Source: Octopus bimaculoides
Taxonomy: Eukaryota
DNA: 64,000 nucleotides
Assembly (NCBI RefSeq): GCF_001194135.2
Contig: NC_068986.1
Location: 63,779,458 to 63,843,457, forward strand
Direction of reading: 5' to 3'
Position numbers and translations under genes: made by a program. How positions within the stretch are numbered: the first letter of the stretch is position 1; the number at the start of each line of letters is the position of its first letter. The notes below the pieces were generated by a model. It made no database searches. It was given only the letters and a program-made list of their open reading frames with translations, and was not told the DNA's origin. Of this stretch, positions 38,301 to 50,493 are shown in pieces.

Positions 38301-39050
38301 GGTGAAAAGGGAAGATGTTATGTTATAATGATAATAGTGATGATGATGATTAATTCAGAATCTTTGTTATTGATGGAAACGTTGCTCATAAAATGTTTAT
38401 TTACAATTCTATTTGATGCTTTGAATAGTTTTGTGGGATTTTTTTTTTTTTTTTATTCAGATACTTTCAACACCAAATTAATGTAAACTATTGCCTAGTT
38501 GTCTTTGAAAATTGGTTTTATGGAATATATCCTCATTTATGTAGAATTAGTTACTGTATTCTTCAGTAAGAATTAAAAAAATAGTGAAGTTTCATCTCAT
38601 CTTAATGTTACACATTTTTGATGTTTCAATGATTAAAGTTTACATGTTTTACTGATCAAATTAAATTGCTATCACTATTTTCGTGTGGTGGTTGGGGGTG
38701 TATTCTCAAAAGCTACAATCAATTTATTATTTAATTTAGTATTAGCTCTTGAATAGGGGGTTTTCAGCTTAGATATACTGAATAAACTCAGAGATGAAAA
38801 GCAGCTTTTGTTCTTCACTTCTAAAGCAGAAGTGTAATGACTAGTTCTCTGAACGTGTCTTATATTTATTTTTTGGTTTTTACATGGCATTCAAAGCTGG
38901 GAGACTCCTTGATTTTTTTTTAATTAGATGAATATTGGTGCACTTGCTTCTATCAACATCACTACTGCTATCTTTATTACCAATGTTAACATTTTAGTAC
39001 CCAGAATTTCATGCCAGTGTTAATGTGTGTGTGTGTGTGTGTGTGTGTGT

Positions 39051-40513
39051 ACTAACTGATGTACCCAATAATTCCCGGGAAAATGTGGCTTATCCTTTGG
39101 TTGCATTCTCATAATTGTTTTGCTAATCCAATAACAACAATACTAAGTATATAGCCCTTAAAACAGTTTTTGTGCACTTACAGAGAATACTGAACTGTGT
39201 TACACAGGATCTTGTTTTTAGGAATTCCCCATAAATTATGTATACCCAAATTGTGAAGTCGGTTATGTAATAACATGAAATTAGTTACCTGATAGTAAGA
39301 ATTCAAATTAAGTAGCCCCAAAAAGGGCTTTAATGCATTCCCAGAGTATAAAGAACTTAGGAGGAAATACTAATAAGGTATGTATACTAAGATCGTGAAG
39401 CATGTTACGTAATAACAGGCTAATCAGATATGAGATAATAACAATTCAAAGTAAATAACTATGAAAAAGGGCTTTTGTGCATTCCCAGAGAATATTACCC
39501 TCGAGTGCGAGTGTTGGTATATTCGTGAATAAGTCATTAACCAAAATAAGAGGATCTATTGTTTAGGAAAATATTATTTACTTGTTTAAGGGTTGTACTG
39601 GATAAATTAGGAAAATATATCATTCCTATAGTATATAGAACTTAGGAGGAAATACTAATAAGGTATGTATACTAAAATCGTGAAGCATGTTATGTAATAA
39701 CAGGCTAATCAGATATGAGATAATAACAATTCAAAGTAAATAACTGTATGTGGTGTGAAAGTTTTTCACTTTTTAATAATTTTAAGCATTCAAAGTACGA
39801 GTTCATTGTATTGGAACACACTTATTAAATAAGTTCTGGAATCAAAAATTTATCTACTACCATCGAAAAGTTTTAACGGGAAAAATGTAGAATTATCGGA
39901 GTTATGGGCATTCAAAGTATAATGAAATTTAATTGAAAACCCTGCATGCATTGCCAGCATTTAGTTATTTGGAGATGTTGAAAAAATGTGTATTAATGCA
40001 ATGTGTAAATTAATTACAGCAATATGTATATAACAGTTTAGATATTGAATTAGAATAGATATTCATCAAAATGTTGTATGAACTGTAAATAAGCAATAAA
40101 TATTATGATTTCTAAAATAAGTATAACTGATATAGAGTGTTGCAAGTCAATGTGGTATGGAAGTTTGGTTTCATTTTTTAAGCATTCAAAGTATGAGTTC
40201 ATTGTACTGGGACAAACTTATTGAATTAGAATAAACATGCAAGTGCTATGGGTTATTTCCCTTGAGTGTTTAAAAAAATATTGTGCAGGTAGTATGAGTT
40301 ATTTCCCTTGGGTGTTTTTTTTAAATATTAGATATAAAGACCCCTTCCAGGGGCCGTATTATTGATTTTTCCAACAATCTAAGTATGTCACAAGGTTTCC
40401 AGACATGATTTCTACTCACGTGTCAAGTTTCATGAAAATCAATAAAACGATGTAGGAGTTAGCTAACAACACCACAAACAAACACACACCGATTTTCCAC
40501 ATATGTAGTAGAT
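39051..40513 (+). mobile_element. Non-autonomous Helitron-like element containing a 116-bp direct repeat
   Basis: 5' ACTAACTGATGTACCCAATAATTCCCGGG and 3' AAGTTTCATGAAAATC...CAAACAAACACACAC...GTAGTAGAT. The repeat is 39345-39460 / 39630-39745, with 3 mismatches. Confidence 0.5.
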
Positions 40514-41380
40514 ATATATAATATAATATAATAGGTAATGCTTTCAGTCCTGTCTTTTGTTCAGACATTGTATATCTATGATCAAAAGATCTAATGTGTC
40601 CTTCCTTTTTTAAGATGATAGAGTGTGATTTGTGAGAGATTTGATTTCTATCTCTAAGAGCAATTAACTGTCTTGAGCTTCCCTTGCTAGTGCCACACTT
40701 TTATTTTGGAGAACTAAGTAGCTGCAAAAATTCATTCTCCTCTTAGAACACATGTAAGCTCTGGACATCTAAAATTTACTAACTCTTTAAAACTGAGAAA
40801 GAAATATGTTATAATTTTGTTATAACTTAATAAATCGTTGTTTAATTGCTTAGTCATTAACATTCTAGCATTAAACATAGCGAAATTAGGCATGCTATGC
40901 TTAGATGTTATTGCAGAAAGAAAATGTTTCACTCATAGATTATGCCAACTTTTTCTGTATTAGGAATGTACACTGGCTCAAAAAGAAATATTAACTTCAT
41001 TCCTAAGTAATTAGTGAACTAAAAGCAACCAATACATAGTTTGAGGACAACTTCATGGGTACTGGTTCCATTTTTCATTCTCTCTTTGACCATCTTCTGC
41101 TGTGAAAAAAAGTATTATTATTCATTGAACAATCAAATATGTCTTCATCAGTGGCCTATGACTGAAAAATATAACCCGCAGTGAAAATTGGAATGGCCAT
41201 ATTTTCAATGATGGTTAAACAAAGTTAAACCCAAACTGACTTGCCAAACATCAGTTATTGATGATAAAATTTGTGCTGAAAGAAGTATTAACAAATGTTC
41301 TTTTTAGAAGTAAAGATTGTTTTTTTTTTCCTCCATACTCCACCCCAACAAAAATCAAAAATCAAAGCATGAATTAAAAT

Positions 41381-41930
41381 GGAGTAAAGATTGTTTGCCA
41401 ACATATGGCAGTCCTGGTTTAGGACAAATGTTGCTGTAATTTAAACCCAGGAGACATCATCTCCAGCTGGCTATACGACACGATCTGTGTCCTTATATTT
41501 TCGAACAAGGGAATCTAGCATCTCCACTCAGCTCAAAACAATATCTGTGTATTGTGATTTCTGGATTATTTCCCTTCATCAGCACAGAATAATTGTTCAG
41601 CGAGAGGTGGCGTTCGAAATATATAGTTTTCAAAGTGACAACTAGTCGAACAGGACTTTGGAGTAAAGATTGTTTGCCAACATAACATGGCAGTCCTAGT
41701 TTAGGATGAATGTTGCTGTAATTTAGCCTCGGAAATTGCGAAACACAGATATTGTTTTTGAGCTGAGTTGGGGTGCTAGATTCCCTTGTTCGAAAATATA
41801 AGTTCACAGATCATGTCATATAGCCAGCTGGAGACGATGTCTCCTGGGGCTAAATTACAGCAACATTTGTCCTAAACCAGGAGTGCCATGTTATGTTGGT
41901 AAATAATCTTTACTCCAAAGTACTGTTGCT
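41381..41930 (-). mobile_element. Retrozyme/Penelope pLTR-like element: about 1.25 tandem 279-nt units plus an inverted partial unit
   Basis: GGAGTAAAGATTGTTTGCCAACAT occurs at 41381 and 41660. 41743-41916 is the inverted copy of 41381-41550, about 90 percent identical. One hammerhead core per unit. Confidence 0.7.
41537..41597 (-). ncRNA. Candidate minimal type I hammerhead ribozyme
   Basis: The minus strand reads AACAAT TAT TCTGTG CTGATGA AG GGA AATAA TCC A GAAA T CACA A T A CACAGA T ATTGTT. Both core motifs are intact, stem I is 6+6 bp, stem II 3 bp and stem III 2 bp. The predicted AUA cleavage is after 41550. Confidence 0.7.
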
Positions 41931-43816
41931 GATTATCTCTCGTTGTGAGATTTTAAAATAGTAATTTTCTAATGAATTACAATGTTTAATAAGTGTGATG
42001 AAACATAGGTAACAAATACAGGGAAGTTTTAGCAATTGAGAAGTAATGAATTAAGTATATAGTCTGTTAGCTGTATAAAGTTGAAATAGTGATTGTGCAT
42101 CAAAACAATTGGTTTATATACTAGTATGACATGCCATGCAATTAAATTATGCATTCTGAGTGAAGATGTCAATAATGTTGTCATAGTAACCATATATGAT
42201 ATTCCTACATGTATCTTTATACATGTTTACACACATTCACATATCTCAACTATGAATATTACACTCATGTTTGCATATTCAATAAAAACAAAAGCCTTGG
42301 TTTTTATGTCTTAGAGTAAATCTCCATATTTTTCTTGGAGTAATAGTTTTCATCTCCACATGCTACAATCTTGTTTTAGTCAAAACTTAACCCAACATTA
42401 ATTTTGCAAATTCTTTAGCAAGAATATGAACTTCAACCTTGTTCACTTCTAAGTGATTGGTTGATTAACAAGTATGACAGATACTTCATATTAGTTTATG
42501 AATCACTGAAAAGTTTGATGAAATTTGTTCATTTGGGGCTAAACTGTTTTTTATATCCAATTTGGTACTTAGTTAATTGCTATTTTTCATCACTTTATAA
42601 TATATACAAGAAGTGAAACTTGTTTGGTCTTTGAGTTTAACTTGTGTTATCTATAGAAATGTGGTAATGAAATTTAAACAAAAGATATATGAAACAAAAA
42701 TGAAACAAAATTACTCACTTTTTATAATCATTGCATAGGTAGCTGGAGTCAGCAATTTGTATAATTAATATTTTATTATCAAATCCCTCCCACCAGTAAC
42801 TTGGTTAGTGTAAAGGGTTTGTGCTCATTCATGACCTCCTCAAGCCCTTCAACTCTAACGAGTTTGATGCTGTTGATAATCTTTCTAAATAAGAACTAGT
42901 ACATGACTAGGAATAATATGGACAGGGAAGACATTCCAGAGTGATGACATTCTAAAAGTGAAAGACTAGGAAAAGTAGTTGGTATAGGATCTGGACAGAG
43001 AAGATACAGCATAGATGGTGAGAGGCATGAGTCAGTAAACCTGAGTGGAAGTGTTACAAGATAACTCAGCTTTGAGAGGCATAGGTCATTCTGCTCCTCA
43101 AAGCTGTCTGATAGGACAATAGGTTGGAATGTAATCGGGAGCAGCTTTATATCAATCACTTAGGTCAGTTTTTTTTTAAAGATGCCATATAGAATGTCTG
43201 TTGGAGGGTTTTCGTGAGTTCAAAGTAATAACTTAGCTTTAAATGTAAATTAAGGCCAGAAAGCATCTGTCTAGCATCCAATAATGCCATGGAAAAGAAG
43301 TAGCTATAATTGTGTTGAAGGTAGATAGTAACTATAAATATATATGACCTTTGACTAACTAGGATCTGTGCGATAGCTGTGACCTACTGCTTTGGTAGAT
43401 TAGCAGAAATTGCAGTTAAGTTATATTACTTATAGACCCTACCTAAGATGAAAATGGCACTACCAGAATCTTGGTATCTGTGTAGTAGAAAATGTTCAGA
43501 TGTTTAGATCCCTGCAACATTTGTTGTGTTATTTTACATCTACTTTTACACGCTGGTATGGGTTGGGCAAATTTTCTGATTAAGTGTTTCACAACTGAAT
43601 GTTTTCCCCCACCCCCACCCTCCCCTTTTTTTGTCAGCCCTTTTTAATTCATCTTTTAGGTACAGGGTTGTGGTATACCTTTTCTAAAACTACGAGATAT
43701 CTATACAATCATTGTTGGTAATTAAAGGAACAATTTTTAAAATGATTTATTTTATGAGTGTTTCACTCATGAGAATTCATCTAAGAACACAGATGCACAT
43801 GTGTGCACACATGCAT

Positions 43817-43818
<2 letters not shown>

Positions 43819-43867
<49 letters not shown>
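43819..43867. repeat. (CA)n microsatellite
   Basis: Directly visible. One of many CA/TA tracts (e.g. 1-56, 9241-9271, 14700-14768, 56634-56670). Confidence 0.97.
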
Positions 43868-43870
<3 letters not shown>

Positions 43871-44859
43871 GCTGAAAATTGTGAAACTCAATGGAGGATA
43901 AGCAGAGAAGACTGTGATATGCTAAAACTCCTGCATAAACACTAGAATGTATCGGAAAATGCTTGCAAGAAAGATAATTAATCATGTATAGACATACACA
44001 AGTATATGGTTAATGCATGTTGAGTGAGGTGAGGGTAGAGAAGAATGAATTAATTAAATCAGATTTCAAAAAATGTCTAATGTTTAGGATGATGCTGCAA
44101 AATATAAATGATTGGATATTTGCTATTGTGCAAACTGGTCCCACATTTGTAAAAATAGACATTAAACTGATGTGGATGATAGTTTCTCAGTTTTAACATC
44201 TAGATTAGCTGGAGTGTGTTTGTTTGTTTTTGTTTTGTTTTTTTGTTGGTAAGGCAACTTTTTTTTGTATTTCAGTTTTCAATTTAGATGTGTAGCTCTG
44301 AATAGGAAACCATAAAATATGTCTTTAATTTATAACAAATTTACATTTTTATATCCTAGTTTGATCTTCTATATTTAATGTTTTCAATGTGTGGTTTATC
44401 AGAATATCAATTACTAATTGAATTTACCATTTTTTTAATTTTGCCGCATTATAAAATTTAATAATTAAAATAATTTGATCAGTAGCAAAAGATGTAAGAC
44501 TAATAGTGAAGGGGAAAATAAAATAGCTATTATCTTTCTCTTGTTTTATTTTTTTTTATAGAGGAACTATCTATAGTTTTGTGTATTAGCACAAGCATTA
44601 TCAATCACTTTTGTTTGCATAGTCCTTCACATCATATGTTGATTAATTAAGTAAATTAAATTCACAGCTTTTGTTTAGCTCACAATTTTTTCCATTGTAA
44701 TATCTGCCTGTAGCCACTGGTTTCATTTAACACATTGAACATTGCAGAATTACTAGAATATGGAGAAATTGACATTTGTTATTAAATTTCTTTTTACTAT
44801 TTATGTGTATATTACTAAACTGGTGTTAAAACTTTTACTTTTGTTTTCTTTACACTAGT

Positions 44860-45083
44860 TTTAATCTTTGTACTGCAACTATGCTGGGACACCTCCTTGA
44901 GCAACTGTAGTCAAATGATTTGACCCTAGTGTTTATTTTTAAATTCTAGTACTTATTCTCTGTCTTTTTTGCTAAACCACTATGCTACAGGGATGTAAAC
45001 ACACCAACACCAGTTGACAAGCAGTTGCTGGGAGCACACATATACATGCATCGTTTCTTTCAGTTTCTGCCTACCAAATCCAC
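44860..45083 (-). mobile_element. Old partial tRNA-derived SINE (family A)
   Basis: CTAGTACTTATTCT...GGATGTAAACACACCAACAC...TTTCAGTTTCTGCCTACCAAATCCAC is the reverse complement of the family A body. A similar fragment lies at about 47500-47645. Confidence 0.7.
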
Positions 45084-45149
45084 ACCAGGACAACATAAGT
45101 TATGAGACCCATAAGGAATAAGTACCCACCCACTCCCAAGGTGTGATTG

Positions 45150-45600
45150 AAAGGGAGGAGCAAGAGCATCTCAATTGGATGGACCTATGGGATGACATCA
45201 CAGGATTATGAAACAATAATAGAAAATGAACTATTGAAAGTTCAGTGTATCTGTGGTAAGACCTGCAAGAACATAAGTGGCTGGAAGATTCATCAAGCCA
45301 GGATGAGATAGTTCACAATGGAAGTGATGACACAGTGCACAAAAGTATCTTGTGAGATATAAGGAGGCAAACATGGAGTCAGACCACAGTGCCCAATGCC
45401 ACCAGTGGTTAGTAGTAAAGGATCCAGTGTCCCCATTTGGTAAAGACATCTGAGTGGCAGAAGTTCAACAAAAATGTTGATCAAATGTTGGAAGGGATTT
45501 TTTGAGATGTGGTCAGCTGGTTGGAAACTATGACCACCATCATAGTCAGCTTTGCAGTTGAACATTTTGATACAGAGGAGGTCAAGCCCACATTAGAAGC
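45150..45600 (+). mobile_element. HERO-like retrotransposon N-terminal fragment
   Basis: CICGKTCKNISGWKIHQARMR and WQKFNKNVDQMLEG...LETMTTIIVSFAVEHFDTEE. Confidence 0.65.
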
Positions 45601-47165
45601 CCATATATATACACACACAACCCCAACCTGCATCTCCCGAAACCTCACCATGTGCCCGCTAGAAGGACCTTGTTTCTCAAGGGCTGTAATATACAGAACC
45701 ACCCTTACACCATCCGATGGCATTACTAGGCACTAATGACTTTAAGGGAAGATACTCCCTACATATGCACTCATTCAGATCCAGGAACAGAGAGAATTCT
45801 ACTTCCCAATCTCGTTTTCTTTTGAGACTGGTCGCTAAGATGAAATACCCAGCATCAAGTGGACTATTGTCGACAGACCACCACCATATTCACCCAGCGC
45901 CCTCAACTTCCAGCTCTGCCTCCACAAAAAACTGCATATCCTCCAATAAAACGCAGTATACTTCAACAAGAAATATGATTTATCATATTGTTGTCACCAA
46001 AGATATGCCCTTCTGGCAAATTTTAGGCCTCTGACTGCCAACATCCCGGATATACCACCTTAGCACTAGCTACTACTCTGCACTATCAACCAACCCCATG
46101 GGCAGGACTGCCATTTACTAACCCCTAATGCATACCAATCCCCAACACTTACCAATTCCCAATGCTTACCAATCCCGAAGCTTGTTTTGTGCATGTATAC
46201 TCGTGTGCAAATGCACATAGTATACATGCATGTGAATGTATGAATGAATACGCATGTGTCTGTGTATGTGTGTTTGTGTGTGTGCGTGCCCATGTACAGA
46301 TGCACACACTGGCTTTAATATACACATACACGCAAAACTATATAAGCATGTCTACACACCCACATATAGAACTATATGCTTGCACATGCCACCCCTCCCT
46401 ACTTACCCCTTTCCCAACAACCTGACCGATTTCTAATTGCCACATGGTCAATTTCCAATTCATCATGTGGTATTTTCCAACTAAGTGTTACCCATACACC
46501 AACATCAAACCACAACACCTCGTGACCTTCCTTGACTAATCGGTACAGGACAACCGCGAGCTAGAGATAGCAGTCACTCACTCTTGCTCACAGTATAAAC
46601 TTTAAAGCAACATACAGTTGTTGATCTTGCAAAGAGAAATGTGCAGTAACACTACCGTACAGTAAAATCTATTTGCCAAAGCAACATAGCAATCCTACAC
46701 AGGACAATGTTACTACTTTTTAGCTCCAGGAAAACATATAAGCATATACATGTATATATATGTGTGTGTGTGTGTGTGGCTACCACCACACATATATATG
46801 TACATAACTACATATAGTATTTGTAAACAAACCTGAAAGGATTTGTAAATTATGGAGAGAAAGCGATTATGAAAGTCTCTTTGTACAATAATAACTATAT
46901 AATAATATATCATAATATATATTCTCCAATTTTTAAAGTGACATTTTATATAAACAACTGACTGAAAAATGATGAGCTAACCCTAGCCAGAATTAAACCC
47001 ACATATCAATGCTTACATGGCTCTATGCACATCTAATTAGGCCAAATGCTCACCCATCAATTTCAGCCAAATTTTATGAATATATACTTTAACTATCTAA
47101 TACTACATATACTATTTGTCTAACCCCGAAAGGCTTTGTAAATTACGGAGAGAAAGTGACACGCA

Positions 47166-47205
<40 letters not shown>

Positions 47206-50070
47206 CACACACACACAGACACATCTTTATACATACACACCCATATATGTATATACATACACACATAAATGTTGATAGATATAAGTAGATATATATACAT
47301 GTGTGTGTGTTAGTATATATATCATCATCATGGTTTTAACTTCCACATTTCCTTGTTTCTGTGGGTCAGTCAGAATTGTTGAGGCTGATTTTGTATGACC
47401 AGTTTGCCTCCCCATCACCAACCCTTCCAGCAAGGTAATATTTCCTGGTCACAGATGACAATATATTTCTTGCATGCCTCCGTATGTCTACATAACCAAC
47501 AAACTTCTTTTCATTTGTGTCTACCAAATCCACTCACAAGGCTTTGGTCAGCCTGAAGCTATAGTAGAGAATACTTGCTCAATATGCTATGCCATACAGT
47601 GATGCAGTGGGACAGAACTCAACATGACCTGGTTAAAGAACAAACTTCCTAATTATAAATAGTGTCTATTTTGATTTCATTTCAGTTTATAGGCTTTTTT
47701 TTTTTCCTTGCTATTTTTCAGATGTGTCAATAGTGGGTTGGATTTACTTACCAACACTTTTCTCTGATTTTGTTTCCTATGAGAAAATAAGTTGTAAAAT
47801 CAGATTATCTTCAGCCTTTTTGACTATAGATCAACTATGATGAATAATTTTATTTATGACACTGTCTTGTCTTCACTTAAGATTACAGAAATCTATGTAT
47901 ATACACAGAAACTTATAGTATATATATATGTACAAATACTTCTGCATTTGCATTATATACACAATCACTTTTAATCGTGCGTACATGGATACATTCACTT
48001 ATCCATGCTTATAGGTCCATACACTCACTCACATACGTGCATATTTTATGCATATACACATAAGATCAGTTTATAGCCAATGCCAATATATTACATAGAT
48101 TTCTAAAAGCTTCTTTTAACTATAATAATAATAATATATCATTTTGATTTTTATGTGCTGTGTCCATTGATTCCAGAGATTGTTATTCAATGGAAATAGA
48201 ATATAGGAAGGGTGTAGGCTTTCCTTTCAAACCATGGGTAAAGAGGGAAGTTGCTAATTTATATAACAGATTGGATGTATGAATTACTTTAATTTCAGGA
48301 TTATACATTGATTCAAGAAAGTAAAAGTGAGCTGTAGGGTTTATTACATGATACTATGTACATATGCATATGTATGTGTGCAAATGTGCACACATTTTGA
48401 GGTAATTGTCATTTTCTGGCTGGCTTCTTAATACAAGATACAGTTACCAAGAATGGGTTCCAATGTTAGGCTAAGCTTCTAAATTAGTGCTTAGTTTGAA
48501 TTGAGAGGTGTGTGTGTGTGTGTGCTTGTCTTGCTTGTCTTTTTCTCCACTTGCAGCTTGGTGTAGAGATCAATGAAATAAAATCTGAAACAGGAATTGA
48601 ACCTGCTGTAACATTTCATTGCCTAAACTACTACTGAGGTTCTAAGCTTAATCACTTGTCTTACCTTCCTTCCTGCATGCACATTTTAACCAGCAAACAA
48701 ATAGTTTTTTTTGTTTTGTTTTTTTTTTTTCAGATGCAAATTGCTCTGCTTTGTCTAATATGCAAAATATATATAGATAATACTGTGATATTGTAGCTTC
48801 ATTTTGATTTTATTGGCTGCTGGTCATTCTAGCCAAGGAATGCAAAATCTATGTGTTGGGGTGAAAGACTTGTGCATATAAAATACTAGAGGTACATTTA
48901 TATCCATGTGCACATGATGTTCGCATAAATATGTGAATATTCAAAAATTTGAATGAAATTTTGAAAGAAAATAATGGGTGGTGGTGGTAACAGTGGCAAA
49001 GAGAAATCAATAAAGTAGATAAAATATTCTTTTATAATATAGCTGATTGATCTGTTAGTGTTCTTCATGAGTAGTCAGATTTTCCTTCTGCTTACTTATC
49101 AATCATAGAATGATGCTCTCATTTGAATATCTGAATATCATTTGCTCCAGTAAAACTAATGAGTGGCGGGGTGTCAAATTAAACAGAAAAGAAATTTAGA
49201 CACAGAGAATAATTTTCAAGCTAACATGAGAAATGTATTTACTTTATTGTTTCTATCTTTTATTGTCTACTACCAGGTTTTTTTTATCTTGTTTTATTTT
49301 AACATGTTCCTCTGCTCTCTCTTTCAGTCCCCACCACTCTCCTCATTTTCTCACCCTTCTTTCCTTCTCCAGGTGTCTGCTCTCTTCTCCCCAACTCTCT
49401 TTCCACGTGCACCAAATACACATCTTTATAAAAATGCCTCCCATTATACATATACCTTTTCTTTTTCTTTTCCTTTTTTAACACATACATTTTTCTCTCA
49501 CTGTATGTTTAACTAGCTTTCTTTATGCATCTTCCAATGAGGAAGCTTCTATATGGTCACTCAACCTGCTAAAAATAGCTGCTAAATCTTCTCAAATAAT
49601 TCCCAACTGTCTTAAAAGAGAGTGGACATATTGAATAATGTTCATGAAGCATACAGTGAGTTGGTGGGGGGGGGGGTGCCTGGATTGTCATGACTTGAAC
49701 AGCTTTGTTCAAGTCCTCTCAAACATTGCTGACCTGGAACTACTAAATGTATTCTTCTTTGTCTCTACAGCTGCATTTCCTTGCTTTCCTCCTGCACCAA
49801 ATATATAATTTTCACAGTTATAAAGTAAAATGTTGATAAATTATTCCTATAGGACTATAATTTCAATGCATTATCTTTATATTTTATTAATCCAACTATT
49901 TCTAACAGCCTACTCAGTGGTTGCCATCTAAATGATCACTTTCATGAGCATCAGTTAGGTGCTGCAGTGATTTCTTTGGTAGTCCTGAAATTCATAGTCC
50001 ACTGCTGAACTCTTCATGCTATTTCCTGACTACCTCTTATCTTTGGAGTTGCTTACACTTTAGTCTAAAT

Positions 50071-50462
50071 CAGTGTTTCTCAATGGTGGGCCTGGGAAAA
50101 TTTTGAGAGGCCTTGGAAATTTTCTGAATTGGAAACAAGTTGTTCATTTTTCTGAAGCCAATATATTCTTTCTGATTTATTGATTTATCCGTAATCTGCA
50201 CATAGTGGTTTCTAGAACCTTAATGATATACCATAGAGTTTTTAAGAAAATTTGATAGTGCAATGAGCTTTTCTTTCTTTCTTTTATTCGTTTCAGTCAT
50301 TTTGACTGTGGCCATGTTGGAACACCGCCTTTAGTCGAGCAAATTGACCCCAGGAATTATTCTTTGTAAGCCTAGTACTTACTCTATCGGTCTTTTATGC
50401 CTAACTGCTAAGTTACAGGGATGTAAACACACCAGCATTGATGTCAAGCGATGTTGGGGGAT

Positions 50463-50493
<31 letters not shown>

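Noticed and set aside
39345-39745. Direct repeats as a CRISPR-like array
   Set aside because: Only two 116-bp copies in a eukaryotic repeat, with no spacer structure or cas genes.
41120-41160. Additional minus-strand CTGATGAAG near 41150, and CTGATGA hits at 1738, 34354, 55415 and 58868
   Set aside because: There is no GAAA box or stem I, and several lie inside RT or transposase coding sequence.
45600-46065. GC-richer block with short ORFs, possibly a minus-strand L1/Tx1 RT C-terminus
   Set aside because: The motifs are too eroded to support a call.
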